This document shows positions 52,091 to 63,631 of a DNA stretch of 64,000 bases, in pieces; position 1 is the stretch's first letter; each line of letters opens with the position of its first letter. The DNA is from an uncultured Gemmataceae bacterium (GTDB taxonomy: Bacteria > Planctomycetota > Planctomycetia > Gemmatales > Gemmataceae). The notes below the pieces were generated by a model. It was not told the DNA's origin and ran no database searches. It was given only the letters and a program-made list of their open reading frames with translations. Both the position numbers and the translations under genes were made by a program. The stretch spans positions 416,001 through 480,000 of the forward strand of contig CAVVPN010000011.1 in the NCBI GenBank assembly GCA_963750165.1, written 5' to 3'.

Positions 52091-52149
52091 CCGATTTATC
52101 GGTTCGCGCTCATGCCTGGAGCACGAACGCGAACCGATAAATCGGTCAG
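52087..52149. repeat. Palindrome
   Basis: CTGACCGATTTATCGGTTCGCG...CGCGAACCGATAAATCGGTCAG. Confidence 0.75.
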
Positions 52150-52163
52150 CAGCAATCGGACCG

Positions 52164-55100
52164 TCAGCGGCGCCCCGCGATCCCGTCAAGGAAGTAGCGC
52201 AGCGGCTCCTGTCCCAGCAGCGGCAGCGGCTGCACCTGAATGGTCGGCTGTCGCACGGTGCCGGTCACGTGCATGTGCAGCAGGCGCACCGCGAACAGCT
52301 GCCGTAGCACCGCCAGCGGCCGCGGCCCCAGTTCGCCCATGACCGGTACGCCCAGCTGCCGCAGCAGCCCGACCGTCAGGCCCGCCCGGCCCGTATTCGC
52401 CGTCACGTCCAGCCCGAGCCGGCCCTGCGTCGTCACCGTGCCGGTCGCGTACAGCTGCACCAGGCTTGAGTCCAGCGACAACCGCTCGATGCGGACCACC
52501 TCACCGGCCAGCCGCGCCCGCACTGTCCCCCTGCGGAACGTCTCTGATGGCGCCACGCCCACCAGCGCCAGCACCTGCTTGAACACCGGCAGGTCCAGCG
52601 ACTTCGTCTGCTCCAGGGTCGCGTCCAGCTGGCCGGTCAGGTTGCTGGCGCTGCGCAGATCCTCCGAGACGAATTCGACCTTGCCGCTCACCTTGCCACC
52701 GCCCAGCGGGGCGCCGTCCACGTGGCCGCCCAGCACCGGCCCCAGATCGACGTTGGTGAACTGCATCTTGCCTTGCAGCTGCACCGCCCCGTCCACCGTC
52801 AGGGTCGCCGAGCCGGTGGCGCGGCCGCCGCCCAGGTAGACGCTGGTCTCGGAGGTCTTGACCCGGACCCGGCCCGTCTCCGGCGCGAACGCCCAGGTCA
52901 CCGGCAGCCGCCATTCGCTGACCTCGGCGCCCAGTACCTTGCCGCCCTGCAGCCGCGCCTCCGCCGTGCCCTGCCAGGTGCGACCCAGCTTGCCGTCGAT
53001 CTGCAACCCCAGCGGGCCCTGCAGCCGACCCGCGGCGGACGGCCACGGGCTCAATAGTTTCGCCGCCTCCACGTGGTTCAGCGTCAGCTGGAACCAGCGC
53101 CGCTCCGGCTGCTGGTAGTGCCAGCCCAGCTTGGCGCAGCGTCCCGTCCGCCAGCTCGCCGCTCACCTCGCGCACCAGCAACTCTTCCTTCAACAACTGC
53201 AAATCGCCGCGGACCTCGCCGCGCAGGTCGCCGTCGCCGATACCCAGCCGCGTCACCGCGAATCGGCCCACGCCCAGCGGACCGCCGCCGTTGTGCTCGA
53301 ACGGCAGGTCTACTTCCAGCCGGCCGTGCAGGATCGGCTCGCCCAGCTGGTTGCGGAACGCGCCGCTGAGCCGGGACAGCGACATCTTTTCCACGCGCAG
53401 CCGCCCCGAGCCGGTGACCTTCGCGCCGGTCTCCAGCTGGCCGTCGAGGTGCAGCAGACCGCCGGCGGCCCGGCCGTCGAGGTGGTACGTCACGAGCGGC
53501 TGCCGCCAGTCGAGCGTCCCTTGCAACTGCTCCACCGCCACGCCCTCCACGCGCAGCGTCGCCTTCGGCAGCTCCACCGTCAGCTTGCCGGCACGCCGGC
53601 CGTCCTCCTCCGGGGCCAGCGTCGCGGTCACGACACCGCTGAGCCGGCCAGCCAGCGCGACGGGCGGCTGCTCCCACAGGGATCGCCCCAGAGCCGCCGC
53701 GTCCACGTCCTGCACCTGGAGATCAACCCGCCCCGCCACCGCGCCGCGCAGCGGCAGTAACGCGGAGCCCGTCACTCGGCCCTGCGCCAGCGTACCGTCC
53801 AGGTCGTCCACGGAGAGCCGGTCGCCGTCGCTGCGCCAGCGCAGCGCCACCCGCGGCGCCCGCAGTTTCACGTACTCCAGGTCGATGGCGGCCGCGCGGC
53901 CGTTGGTCTGCAGCAGCCACGGCCGCAGGGAACCCTTCACGTCCGCAAACACGCTGAGCCGGCCGCCGACGAGCTGCGGTGGTCGCCACGCCGCCGGCAG
54001 GCGCCGCAGAAGCGCCAGGTTCGCCGCACGCACCTCCAGCTTGCCCTGCAACGGATAGGGCTCGGTCAACTCGACCCGACCCGACGCCACCACGTCCGCG
54101 TCTTCGATGCTAGCGCGAGCTTCGGTAAGCGTTAGCCGGCCGCCGCGCAGCTCCGCCCGCGCTGCCCCTTGACGCACGGTCAACTCGCCAAACTCCGCCC
54201 GCGGCACGGACAGCGCCGCGTCGCCGTGCCAGGCGTCGATCTTGTCCCAGCGCTTGACGGGGACGCGCGCGCCCAGCGTGCCGTTGACAGCCCCGCGCAG
54301 CGGCTCCGGCGTCTTCAGATACTCGCCCAGCGCCGCCAGGTTCAACCGCCGCAACGTCAGGTCCAGCCGCAGATCGCCCGCCGGCGCCAGCGCCACCTCG
54401 GCGGCGCCCGTCAGGCTCACGTCCGCACCCTCGGTGCTGATGCCAGCGACCCGCAGGTTGCCGTCCCGGTACGCCACCTCCGCCCGCAGCCGGTCGAGGG
54501 ATACCGTCTCCAGCCGCGCCTGCGCGATCTCCACGGTGCCGCCGCCGCGGTAAGTCGCGGGGTCGCCGATTGTGTCCAGCGGCAGCACCAGTTGTCCCTG
54601 CGCCGCCAGCCGACCGGACAGCGCCACCTTCGGCCGCTCCGCCAGCTGCGCCGCCAGTTCCGCGAGGCTCAGGCCCTGCACGCGGCCCTCGACCAGCAGC
54701 GTGGGCGGCTCCTTGCCGTCGGCGGAGCGATCGCGCAGCGTCAGCCGCACCGGCTCCGGAATCGATACCCCGGCCACGCGCAGGTCGCGCAACTGGCCCG
54801 TGCCGGTGCCGCGGCCGCGCACCTTGCCGTCCGCGTTGTCCAGGTGCGCCGCCACCTCGGCGGCCAACCTCCCCGTCAGGTCGCGCGGCAGGCCCCAGCT
54901 GCGGGGCAGCCGTTCCAGCGCCACGCCGTCGGCCTGCAGGCGGGCGATGTCCAGGTGCGTCACTGCGCCGCCGAAGTCCAGCGCCGCCTCGGTTGCCACA
55001 CGGCCGCCGCCGACCAGGCCGGTTACGTCGTGCAGCCGGACCACCGTGTCGTCGATGACCAGCCGGCCGCTGATGTCGTCAATGTCAAGGTCGATGGCGC

Positions 55101-55892
55101 GGACGTGGACGTGCGTGTGCCGCGGCTCCAGCTCGATGCGGTAGTGCAGTGGCGGCCGCGCCGGGTCGAAGGTCAGCGTGATTGTGCCCGGCGTGTCGCC
55201 GTTGACCTGCACCTCACGCCAGACGCTCTCCGGCACGAACGGCAGGTCGCGCAGCATCTGTTGCGTGACCGGAACGCGGCCGGCGCTGGTCAGCCGGGCC
55301 TCCACGCGGCCGTGGTCGGCGCTGCCGCTGACCGTCCACTCCCCCCAGCGCGGGCGCGGAAGTCACCGGTCAGCCGATATTGCTCGTCGCCGACACGCTC
55401 CAGGGTGGCGTTGACGTGTGGCACCACCAGCTCGGAGCCGTCCGTGCGCCGGAAGCGGAGTTGACTGTCGTGCAGGTCCACCCGGGGCAGTGCGAAGCCT
55501 CCCACGCTGCCGGAGCCGGGCGTCGGCCAGCGCGTCAGCAACTGGCCCTCCTTGTCGAAGCGCAGCGTCATGTCCGCCCGGTCCAGGCGCAGTTCGCTTG
55601 GCCGCACCTGGCCGCGCAGAGCGTCCGCGAGGTTGACATCCGTCCGGAGTTGATCGACCTGCAGCCACGGCCGGCCATGCGGGTCATCCGGCTCGAACAG
55701 TTCGAGGCCGAAGAGGGTGGTGCCGTGCAGCCCCATCTGGGCGCCCTTCAGACGCACCGGCCCGTTATAGGCCTTGCTCAGCTCCGCCACGACCTGCTCG
55801 GTCACGTGGCGGCCGAGCCACTGCTGCAACAGACCGAACGCCACCACCAGGGCCGCGACGAGCAACAACGTCAGGTTCACGAAGCGTCGCAT
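52164..55892 (-). CDS. AsmA/TamB-like beta-rich envelope protein (frameshifts near 55345 and 53140)
   Basis: N-terminal TM anchor, repeated amphipathic beta strands, HVTGTVRQP end. Confidence 0.75.
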
Positions 55893-56100
55893 GATACGAC
55901 CAGAGTGCAGGTTCTGTACCGGCGGCGGGACTGTCTCGCCTCACAAGGGAATCGCCCCACCCGCTCACGGCTTGTGAAGAAATCCGCCCCGGCGCCCCAG
56001 GAAATTATACAGGCGATGACGACGGTATGAATTTTGCCGATAATAACGAGCGCTGGAGTGAATGACGACGTGACCGCTATCCCTTTGCCAAGGAGATGCC

Positions 56101-56544
56101 ATGCGACGCGCGAACTGGTGGTGCCTGGTTGGTCTGACGGCCGTGGTGTTGTGTCTGCAGAGCCCGGCGGCCCCCGCTGGCGATAAAAAACAGGATGCGC
56201 ATGCGGCCCATCTCGATGCGTGTGCCAGGGCGTGCAGCGACTGCCAGCGCGAGTGCAGTCACTGCGCCACCCACTGCGCTGTGCTGACGGCCGCGGGCAA
56301 GAAGGAGCATCTGGTGACGCTCGGCACCTGCGCGGACTGCGCAAGTTTTTGCGCAACCGCGTCTCAGATCATTTCCCGCCGTGGTCCGATGTCGGTGCTG
56401 ATCTGTGAGTCCTGCGCGAAGGCGTGTGCCGTCTGCGCAGCGGCGTGCGAGAAGTATCCCAGTGACCAGCACATGAAGCGCTGTGCTCAGGAGTGCCGGC
56501 GCTGCGAGAAGTCGTGCCAGGAGATGGTCCAGCACCTCAAATAG
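56101..56544 (+). CDS. Cys-rich four-helix bundle copper-storage (Csp/DUF326-like) protein, exported
   Basis: Repeated CxxxC/CxxC, signal peptide, AAGGAG RBS. Confidence 0.85.
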   Translation: MRRANWWCLVGLTAVVLCLQSPAAPAGDKKQDAHAAHLDACARACSDCQRECSHCATHCAVLTAAGKKEHLVTLGTCADCASFCATASQIISRRGPMSVLICESCAKACAVCAAACEKYPSDQHMKRCAQECRRCEKSCQEMVQHLK

Positions 56545-56663
56545 AGCGGTTCGCAAGCGCGTGGACTACAAACCGTGGCACGGCTCTCCAGAGCCGTGGT
56601 GGAAACCGCACGGCTCTGGAGAGCCGTGCCACGTCGTGTGCGCCTGCCATTCGCGAACCGCTC
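56544..56663. repeat. TIR-bounded element with REP doublet related to 3189-3238
   Basis: GAGCGGTTCGC...GCGAACCGCTC enclosing CACGGCTCTCCAGAGCCGTG/CACGGCTCTGGAGAGCCGTG. Confidence 0.65.
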
Positions 56664-56789
56664 GGGCTCGGACAGCGCTCGGGCTCGGATAGACAGCAGG
56701 GACGCCACGGTCCCCAATGGCGGCGCAGCTGCCGGCGCGGTACAACTACACCAGCCGCCCTGGTTGCCACCCGCCTGGAGTGTCCGCGC

Positions 56790-59231
56790 ATGCGTCCGCT
56801 GTACATCCTCGCGCCCCTCGTGCTGGTTGGCGTCTCCCTGGCCGCCGCCCCGGAACCGCCCACGCTGGACCTGGCCGGCAAGCCCTACGGCCTGGCGAAA
56901 CGTCTGCCGCTGACGACCTCGAAGGTGCTCGGTTTGCCCGAACCACCGCCGCCGTTCCGCGTCCGCCGCACCTTCGCCAAGATCAAGCTCGCCTGTCCCA
57001 TCGGCGTGACCCGCGAACCCGGCAGCGACCGCCTCATCCTCATCCACCAGCATTGGCCCTGGGGCGGCAGCGGCCGTCTGATCGGCATCCAGGACGACCC
57101 GAACACGGACAGGATGCACGTGCTGCTCGAATCCGAGGACATCCTCTACGGCGTCGCCTTCCACCCGAAGTTCGCGGAAAACGGTTACCTCTACGTCGGC
57201 AGCAACGGCCCGGCGAAGGCGGCGCCGCGGCAGACGCGCGTAACGCGCTACACGATGGCTCGCAAGGCCCCATTCCAACTCGACCCGAAGTCGGCAAAGG
57301 TCATCATCGCCTGGAACTCCGACGGCCACAACGGCGGCGACGTGGCCTTCGGCAAAGACGGCATGCTCTACGTGACCTCCGGCGACGGCACCTCCGATTC
57401 GGACACCAACGTCGTCGGCCAGGATATGACCAGGTTGCTGGCCAAGGTGCTGCGCCTCGACGTGGACGGCGCACCACCGGGCAAGGGCTACGCGGTGCCG
57501 AAGGACAACCCCTTCGTCGGCCTCAAGGGAGCGCGGCCGGAAATCTGGGCGTATGGCCTGCGCAACCCGTGGCGGATCACCTGCGATCCGAAAACCGGCG
57601 ACCTCTGGGTCGGCAACAACGGCCAGGACCTGTGGGAGCAAGCGTATCTGCTGGAGCGCGGCGCCAACTATGGCTGGAGCGTAATGGAGGGCGGCCATCC
57701 GTTTTACCTGAACCGCAAACCGGGGCCGACGCCGTTCGTCAAGCCGTTTGTCGAGCACCACCACACAGAGGCGCGGTCGCTGACCGGTGGCGTCGTCTAC
57801 CACGGTGATCGCTTCCCGGAGATGCGCGGGGCGTACATCTATGGCGACTGGTCCACGGGCAAAATCTGGGGCGTCAAGCACCAGGGCCGCAAGAAAACCT
57901 GGCACCGGGAGCTGGCCACGACGACGCTGCAAATCACTGGTTTCGGCATTGACGCGCGCGGCGAATTGCTGATCGCGGACCACGGCGGCGGCTTTTACCA
58001 GCTGGAACCGACGCCGCCGGAGTTGCAAAAAACGTCGTTCCCCAAAACGCTGAGCGAAACCGGCCTGTTCGCGTCCGTGAAGGACCATCGAGTGCAGCCG
58101 GCGCTGATTCCCTACGACGTGGTAGCGCCGCTGTGGGCGGACGACACGTACAAGGAGCGGTTCATCGCCATTCCGGACTACGGCCAAATCGAGTTCTCGA
58201 CGCAGGGCGGCTGGACCTTCCCGGAGGGGACGGTGCTGGTCAAGACGTTCCTGCTGGACCTGGAGGAGAAGAACCCGGCGTCCCGGCGACGGCTGGAAAC
58301 GCGACTGCTCACGAAACAATGGGGCCAGTGGGCTGGCTACACCTACCGCTGGAACGACGCTCAGACCGAGGCGTACCTGGTGGAGGCCGGCGGCCGCGAT
58401 GAGACGTTCACCGTCCGCAACGCGGCTGGCGGCACGCGCAAGCAGACGTGGCATTACCCCGGCCGTACCGAGTGCATGGTCTGCCACAGCCGGGCCGCGC
58501 GGTTCGTGCTCGGCGTGAGCATGGTGCAGATGAACAAGCTGCACGCTTACGGCAAGGTGATGGACCAGCAGTTGCGAACGCTGGAGCACCTGGGCCTGTT
58601 CCACGTCAACGTGGCGGAGCACGTGCAGGAGCGCAAGGAGCGGCGCGACCCGGCGCTGAGCGATTACCACCGCCTGCTGGAGGCGCCGCTGCTGGCGCGG
58701 ACGGACCTGCTGCGGACGGAGCTGCCACCAGCGTGGACCGTCCTCGGTGTGCGCGATCCGTGGCGGCCGGACCCTAACGTGCCAAAGCAGGCGAAGCAGA
58801 AGCCCGCCGAGTGGTTGGAGCGGCAGTTGCGTGAGCGGCCGCGCTTCACCTCGTATTTGCCGAAGCAGCCGCACCAGTATCCGAAGCTGGTCGATCCGTA
58901 TGACCCGCGCGAAAAGCTGGAGGAGCGGGCGCGGTCGTACCTGCACGCCAACTGTGCCCACTGCCATCAGCTGGCCGGCGGCGGCAACGCCATGATCGAC
59001 CTGGAATTCTTCACGCCGCCGGAGCGCCGCAAGCTCATCAACGCGCCGCCGCAGCACGACCGGTTCGGCGTCCCGGACGCCAAAATAATTGTGCCGGGGC
59101 ATCCGGAGAAGTCGGTGCTGTACCTGCGCATGGCCCGCCGCGGCCCGGGGCAGATGCCGCCGCTGGCGACGCATCATGTGGACCGGCCGGCGCTGGCGCT
59201 GCTGCATGAGTGGATCGTGAAGATGAAGTGA
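56790..59231 (+). CDS. PQQ-dependent sugar dehydrogenase (GSDH) fused to diheme cytochrome c region
   Basis: HNGG, GDG, AYGLRNPWR, GANYGW; CMVCH and CAHCH. Confidence 0.88.
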   Translation: MRPLYILAPLVLVGVSLAAAPEPPTLDLAGKPYGLAKRLPLTTSKVLGLPEPPPPFRVRRTFAKIKLACPIGVTREPGSDRLILIHQHWPWGGSGRLIGIQDDPNTDRMHVLLESEDILYGVAFHPKFAENGYLYVGSNGPAKAAPRQTRVTRYTMARKAPFQLDPKSAKVIIAWNSDGHNGGDVAFGKDGMLYVTSGDGTSDSDTNVVGQDMTRLLAKVLRLDVDGAPPGKGYAVPKDNPFVGLKGARPEIWAYGLRNPWRITCDPKTGDLWVGNNGQDLWEQAYLLERGANYGWSVMEGGHPFYLNRKPGPTPFVKPFVEHHHTEARSLTGGVVYHGDRFPEMRGAYIYGDWSTGKIWGVKHQGRKKTWHRELATTTLQITGFGIDARGELLIADHGGGFYQLEPTPPELQKTSFPKTLSETGLFASVKDHRVQPALIPYDVVAPLWADDTYKERFIAIPDYGQIEFSTQGGWTFPEGTVLVKTFLLDLEEKNPASRRRLETRLLTKQWGQWAGYTYRWNDAQTEAYLVEAGGRDETFTVRNAAGGTRKQTWHYPGRTECMVCHSRAARFVLGVSMVQMNKLHAYGKVMDQQLRTLEHLGLFHVNVAEHVQERKERRDPALSDYHRLLEAPLLARTDLLRTELPPAWTVLGVRDPWRPDPNVPKQAKQKPAEWLERQLRERPRFTSYLPKQPHQYPKLVDPYDPREKLEERARSYLHANCAHCHQLAGGGNAMIDLEFFTPPERRKLINAPPQHDRFGVPDAKIIVPGHPEKSVLYLRMARRGPGQMPPLATHHVDRPALALLHEWIVKMK

Positions 59232-59292
59232 TTCCGAAGCTACCCTACCTTGCCCTTGTCCGTGAGCTAAAGTGTCCATTAGGATGCCGCGA

Positions 59293-59365
59293 GGGCCTGT
59301 AGCTCAATGGTCAGAGCAGGGGACTCATAATCCCTTGGTTCCTGGTTCGAGTCCAGGCGGGCCCA
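59293..59365 (+). tRNA. tRNA with CAT anticodon, likely Ile2 (lysidine); CCA not encoded
   Basis: GGGCCTG/CGGGCCC acceptor stem, TAGCTCAATGG, CTCATAA loop, GGTTCGAGTCC. Confidence 0.92.
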
Positions 59366-59439
59366 ATCGACAACCCCGTTGCGGCTTTGCGCGAAGAGCG
59401 CGCAGTCCCAACGGGGTTGCGTTATTTCCGGTACCGGTC

Positions 59440-59869
59440 TCACGGTTTGCGGCCGCCCTTGGTTTGCTTCGGCAAATCCTTGGCCGCGGTCGCCGGCACG
59501 TCGAACCGCTGGATGGAGGGCTCCTTCGGCAGATCGACCGTCACCGTGTATTCCCGGAACAATGGGCTGCCCATCACGGCGGCGTTGGCGTCCTTGTTGC
59601 CGTCGTAGCCCTGGATGACGACGACCGTCGGGCCGCCGAACGCCGCTTTGCCGCCCTTGCGCGTATCGAATTTGCCGTCGTGGATCTCGGCGTAGCCCTG
59701 CGGCCCGTCGTTCCCTCTGGTCGTGTCCGGGGTGAAATAAATCCGGCCCGCGGGCAGAGGCTTGCCGTCAAAGGTCACCTCGCCCTCGACGTGCGGGGCC
59801 GCCGAGCCCCCGCACCCCAGCGCCATTCCACAGGCGACGAACGCCACCCACCAGCCCGCGCATGGCCAT
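59440..59869 (-). CDS. DUF1559-associated lipoprotein (possible frameshift in signal peptide)
   Basis: ALGC lipobox, VEGEVTFDGKPL..GRIYFTPD. Confidence 0.75.
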
Positions 59870-59878
59870 CGCTCTCGG

Positions 59879-60790
59879 TTAGAAGTCGCCCACGGTTTCG
59901 CCGCCGTTGTAGCTGGCGATGCTCAGGTACGTCCCCATCGTGATGCTGCCATTGATGAAGCGCACCGAGCCGTCGGCCAGGACGAAGTTCGCCCCGTTGC
60001 CGGTGTGATTGCTGCCGAAGCTGGTGTTGTTGGCGTTGTCGGCACCGTCATACGGCGTCGAATTCATGGCGTTGGCGACGTTGCGGCAGCAGGTGGTGTC
60101 GCGGTCCTGGCCGTCGTCGTAGGTGCCGCGCGACCAGACGCGGTAATAGTTGGCGTTGTCCCAGGACATCTCGCCGACCATGAGCGTGTTGGATGTACCG
60201 TCGCGGATGTCAGTCAGGCGGATCCGGCTGCCCATGCCCAGCACGCCCTGCAAGGACTCATTGCCCTGGTTGGTGATGAGCATCTTGTAGGCGGCCCCGG
60301 TGGCCGGGTTGGTGCCGAGCGGCCCCGCCACGCCGTAGTAGTGCGTCGTGTAGGTCATCTGGCCGTTCGACCATTCCCCCGAGCCGTACTGCGTGTACAG
60401 CTGGTTCGCGTCGGGGCACTGGTACGCGGGGACCAGCACCAGGCCGAGGGCCAGGTTGGCTGCGTTGTCGTACGGCACGTTGAAGTTGAATTTGGCGTAC
60501 AGGGTGTCCAGTTCCATGTACGGCAGGATGGTGACGTGGAACGACAGGAGGTTGTTGGTCGATCCGGTCTGGACGCCGGTTGGCAACACCCGGAACAGGC
60601 TGTGGTAGTTGTGCAGCGCGACGCCGATCTGGTGCAGGTTGTTCTTGCACCGCGTCTGGTTGGCGGCCTCGCGCACCTTCTGGACGGCGGGCAGGAGCAG
60701 GCCGATCAGGATGGCGATGATCGCAATCACCACCAGCAACTCGATCAGCGTGAACGCAAGTCGTCTTCGCGGAAGTGGCGGGAGAGGCAT
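59879..60790 (-). CDS. DUF1559 prepilin-type protein
   Basis: [33 protein letters not shown]-x9-DG. Confidence 0.93.
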   Translation of the reverse strand: MPLPPLPRRRLAFTLIELLVVIAIIAILIGLLLPAVQKVREAANQTRCKNNLHQIGVALHNYHSLFRVLPTGVQTGSTNNLLSFHVTILPYMELDTLYAKFNFNVPYDNAANLALGLVLVPAYQCPDANQLYTQYGSGEWSNGQMTYTTHYYGVAGPLGTNPATGAAYKMLITNQGNESLQGVLGMGSRIRLTDIRDGTSNTLMVGEMSWDNANYYRVWSRGTYDDGQDRDTTCCRNVANAMNSTPYDGADNANNTSFGSNHTGNGANFVLADGSVRFINGSITMGTYLSIASYNGGETVGDF

Positions 60791-60996
60791 GGCAGCAAGC
60801 TCCGTCGAGAACATGAGTGTAAAGAATGTTCTTACAAAGACCGGTGTTTGTAGCATCCCTGAACTGAGGGGGTGCGTCAAGCGAAAAACGACAGGGCCGT
60901 TGGAATCGATTCGGGGCAAACTGCCCTCCCGCAAAACCGCGGTTGCTTTATAATGCCCGGCCGGTGGCACGGAAGCCGTCCCGAGAGGATCGCGGC

Positions 60997-62705
60997 ATGA
61001 GCGGGCTCCTGCAACAGCGTGTCGGTGCGTATCTGGTGCTGCTCGGCAGTGGCGCGGTGCTATTCCTGGTGAACCTCGGCGGCCCCAGTCTGTGGGACGT
61101 GGACGAGGGCCGCAACGCCACCGCGGCGCTGGAAATGCTCGAGTCCGGCAACTGGGTCGTGCCCACCTTCAACGGCGAATTCCGCTGCCACAAACCCATC
61201 CTGCTCTACTGGCTACAGGCGGCAGCCTACGGCACCTTCGGCGTCAACGAGTTCGCCGCCCGGCTGCCGTCGGCGCTGGCGGCGCTGCTGACGTTGCTGC
61301 TCGTGTACGAACTCGGCCGCCGCCTGTTCGACCACGCCACCGGCCTGCTGGGCGGCCTGGTGCTGGCCAGCTGTCCGCAGTTCCTGGTCGCCGGCCATTT
61401 CGCCAACCCGGACGCCCTGTTGACGTGCGCTGTCGTGCTGACGCTGTACTGTTCCGCCGCTTGCGGCTTAGCGCTCCCCGCCAAACCACAAACGGCAGCA
61501 CAGCAGGGGTGCGGTTGGTTCATCCTGCTTGGCGTCGCGGTGGGGTTGGCGGTGCTCGCCAAGGGGCCGGTCGGCCTCGTGGTGCCGGCGCTGGCGCTGA
61601 TCCTGTGGCTGGCCTGGTCCGGCCGGTTGCGCTGGCCGGGGCGGCGCCTCGGCTGGGCGGCGCTGGCGTTCGCCGTGGTGGCGCTGCCGTGGTACATCTG
61701 GGTGGGTGTCGATACTCGCGGCCAGTTCTGGCGCGAATTCCTGGGCACACACAACGTCCAGCGTGCCCTGGAGCCGATGGAGAGCCATGCGGGTTCGCCG
61801 CTGTACTACCCGCTCGTACTGCTGGTCGGCCTGGCTCCGTGGTCGGTCTTCATTGGTCTGACGTGCTGGTACACCGGCTGGTCCGCCGTGCGCCGGCCCT
61901 GGCAGCGCTGGCAACCGCACTGGGATGCGGCCCACGACGCCGAGCGGCCCGCGGACGGCTACCGTCTGCTGGTGTGCTGGGTCATGGCGTTCGTGGTCGT
62001 GTTCACCGCCGCCGCGACCAAGCTGCCCAACTACGTGCTGCCGACGACGCCACCGCTGACCCTGCTGACCGCCCGCTTCCTGATCCGCTGGTGGCGCGGC
62101 GTCGTCACGCCGCCCGTGTGGCTCGTGCGCACCGCTTTGGCCCTGTTGCTGCTGATCGGCGTTGCGGCGGCCTTCGGTCTGGTCGCTGTGGCCGGGGCGC
62201 TGCCGGTGCCGCTGGTCCGCAGTCACCGGACATTGCCGGGCCTGGAATGGTGGGCGGTCCTGGGCCTGGTGCCAGTGGCTGCGGCGCTGGCGGCGTGGGG
62301 CTTCGTGGAGCGACGACGTGGGCGGCTGGTCGGCGGCGTGACCGCGGCGGCGCTGCTGTTCACAGGGCCGTTCGTGGTTCTGGGCGCGAACGCCTTCGAC
62401 GCCCACAAGGCGCCGCGGCCGCTGGTGGCGGCGGCGGGCCTGAATCGCGGCGAGGAGTTGCGCGTCGGCGGTTACCAGGTCGATCATTTGCCGAGCCTCA
62501 ATTTCTATGTGCAGCGCCCCGTCAAGCATTGTTTCTGTGACGCGGACGCGCTGGCGTTCCTGGCGACGCGCGTGCGGGTGTTGCTGTTCGTGTCCGTCGA
62601 GGCCTGGGACGGCCTGCGGGCGCGGTGCCGGCCAACGTCCGCGTCCTGGGCCGGCACCGCGACTTCTACCGCGGCGCGGACGTGCTCGTCGTCACCAATC
62701 GCTGA
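60997..62705 (+). CDS. ArnT/PMT-family membrane glycosyltransferase (frameshift near 62625)
   Basis: [36 protein letters not shown]; many TM helices. Confidence 0.88.
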
Positions 62706-62777
62706 CCCTGTCCAGGTCGCGGCCGGCTTGCTACAATCCACTTTTTGAAGCAGACAATGCACACCAGGGGGTGAACG

Positions 62778-63029
62778 ATGGGAGCACGCCGAATTCGCCG
62801 CGAACAGCGCGCCGCCGACATGAAGCAGTCGCGGCTGATCAACGGCTTTCTGAAGGTCAAGGAGCGCAAGCGCCGTCGCGAGCGCATCCTCGGCATCCTC
62901 AAGCAGGGCGGCCAGCTGCCCTACGCCCCGTTCGTCATGAGCTGGCTCAGCCAGGAACTCGACAAACCGAGCCGTCTCATCACCGCCGAGGATGTCAAGA
63001 AGGTGGTCGAGCCGGCCAGCGCCAAGTGA
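62778..63029 (+). CDS. Small basic hypothetical protein
   Basis: RBS, GC3-rich codons, overlap with the next gene. Confidence 0.7.
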   Translation: MGARRIRREQRAADMKQSRLINGFLKVKERKRRRERILGILKQGGQLPYAPFVMSWLSQELDKPSRLITAEDVKKVVEPASAK

Positions 63030-63529
63030 CCGCGCCAGACGACGCCGACCCCGCCGACGTGGAGGTCTGGTGGGGCGGCTACTCGGGCGCGACCATGCTG
63101 CCAGGCTGGTTGGTGTGCTCGGCCCTGGCGGCGCTGCTGGCGTACCTGACCTGGGAAGCAACCCGGGCCACCGGCTACGGCCATCCCCTGGCGCTGGCGG
63201 TGGCCGCCGGCATTGGCCTGACGCAACTGCTCCGCTGGGGCGCCCGCTTCTTCGGCCGCAACTACCGCTTGACGAATCGACGGCTGATCCTGGAGCGCGG
63301 CGTCGTCCGGCTCACGGTGCTGTCAGTGGACCTGACCCAGCTGACCGCCGTGGAAATGCGGGCGGACTGGCTTGAGGGGCGGTTGGGAGTCGGTCGAGTG
63401 CTGGTGTTCGCCGCGGGCGGCCGGCTCGGGCCACTGGTCCTGGAGGGCGTGCGCTGCCCCGGACAGGTCGCCGAGCTGCTCCGCCGCACGATTCAGGCAG
63501 CCAAAACAACGAGCCCTGCGGGTTGCTGA
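63026..63529 (+). CDS. Bacterial PH-domain (bPH_2) membrane protein
   Basis: Two TM helices, YRLTNRRLILERG, RLGVGRV. Confidence 0.75.
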   Translation: MTAPDDADPADVEVWWGGYSGATMLPGWLVCSALAALLAYLTWEATRATGYGHPLALAVAAGIGLTQLLRWGARFFGRNYRLTNRRLILERGVVRLTVLSVDLTQLTAVEMRADWLEGRLGVGRVLVFAAGGRLGPLVLEGVRCPGQVAELLRRTIQAAKTTSPAGC

Positions 63530-63559
63530 CTCACCCGCGGGGCTCTCTGGTTTTCGGTC

Positions 63560-63621
63560 GGTTCGAGCCCGAGCGCCAGCGCGGGGTCTACGTTGCCCCG
63601 CGCGGCGCTCGGGCTCGGACC
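63560..63621. repeat. REP-like repeat family GAGCCCGAGCG (copy 3)
   Basis: GGTTCGAGCCCGAGCGCC...GGCGCTCGGGCTCGGACC. Confidence 0.75.
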
Positions 63622-63631
63622 AGGAACAAGC

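Noticed and set aside
56487..59279. 930-aa minus-strand ORF and other long antisense ORFs (5247-6989, 12802-14541, 35214-36842, 50126-51847)
   Set aside because: Shadow frames of GC-rich genes with recognisable proteins on the opposite strand
59293..59365. Initiator tRNA-fMet
   Set aside because: Paired G1-C72 and overall similarity to Ile2-type tRNAs; elongator Met cannot be fully excluded without tRNAscan-SE
59293..59440. tRNA as prophage or island attachment site
   Set aside because: No integrase and no duplicate of the tRNA 3' end seen in the window
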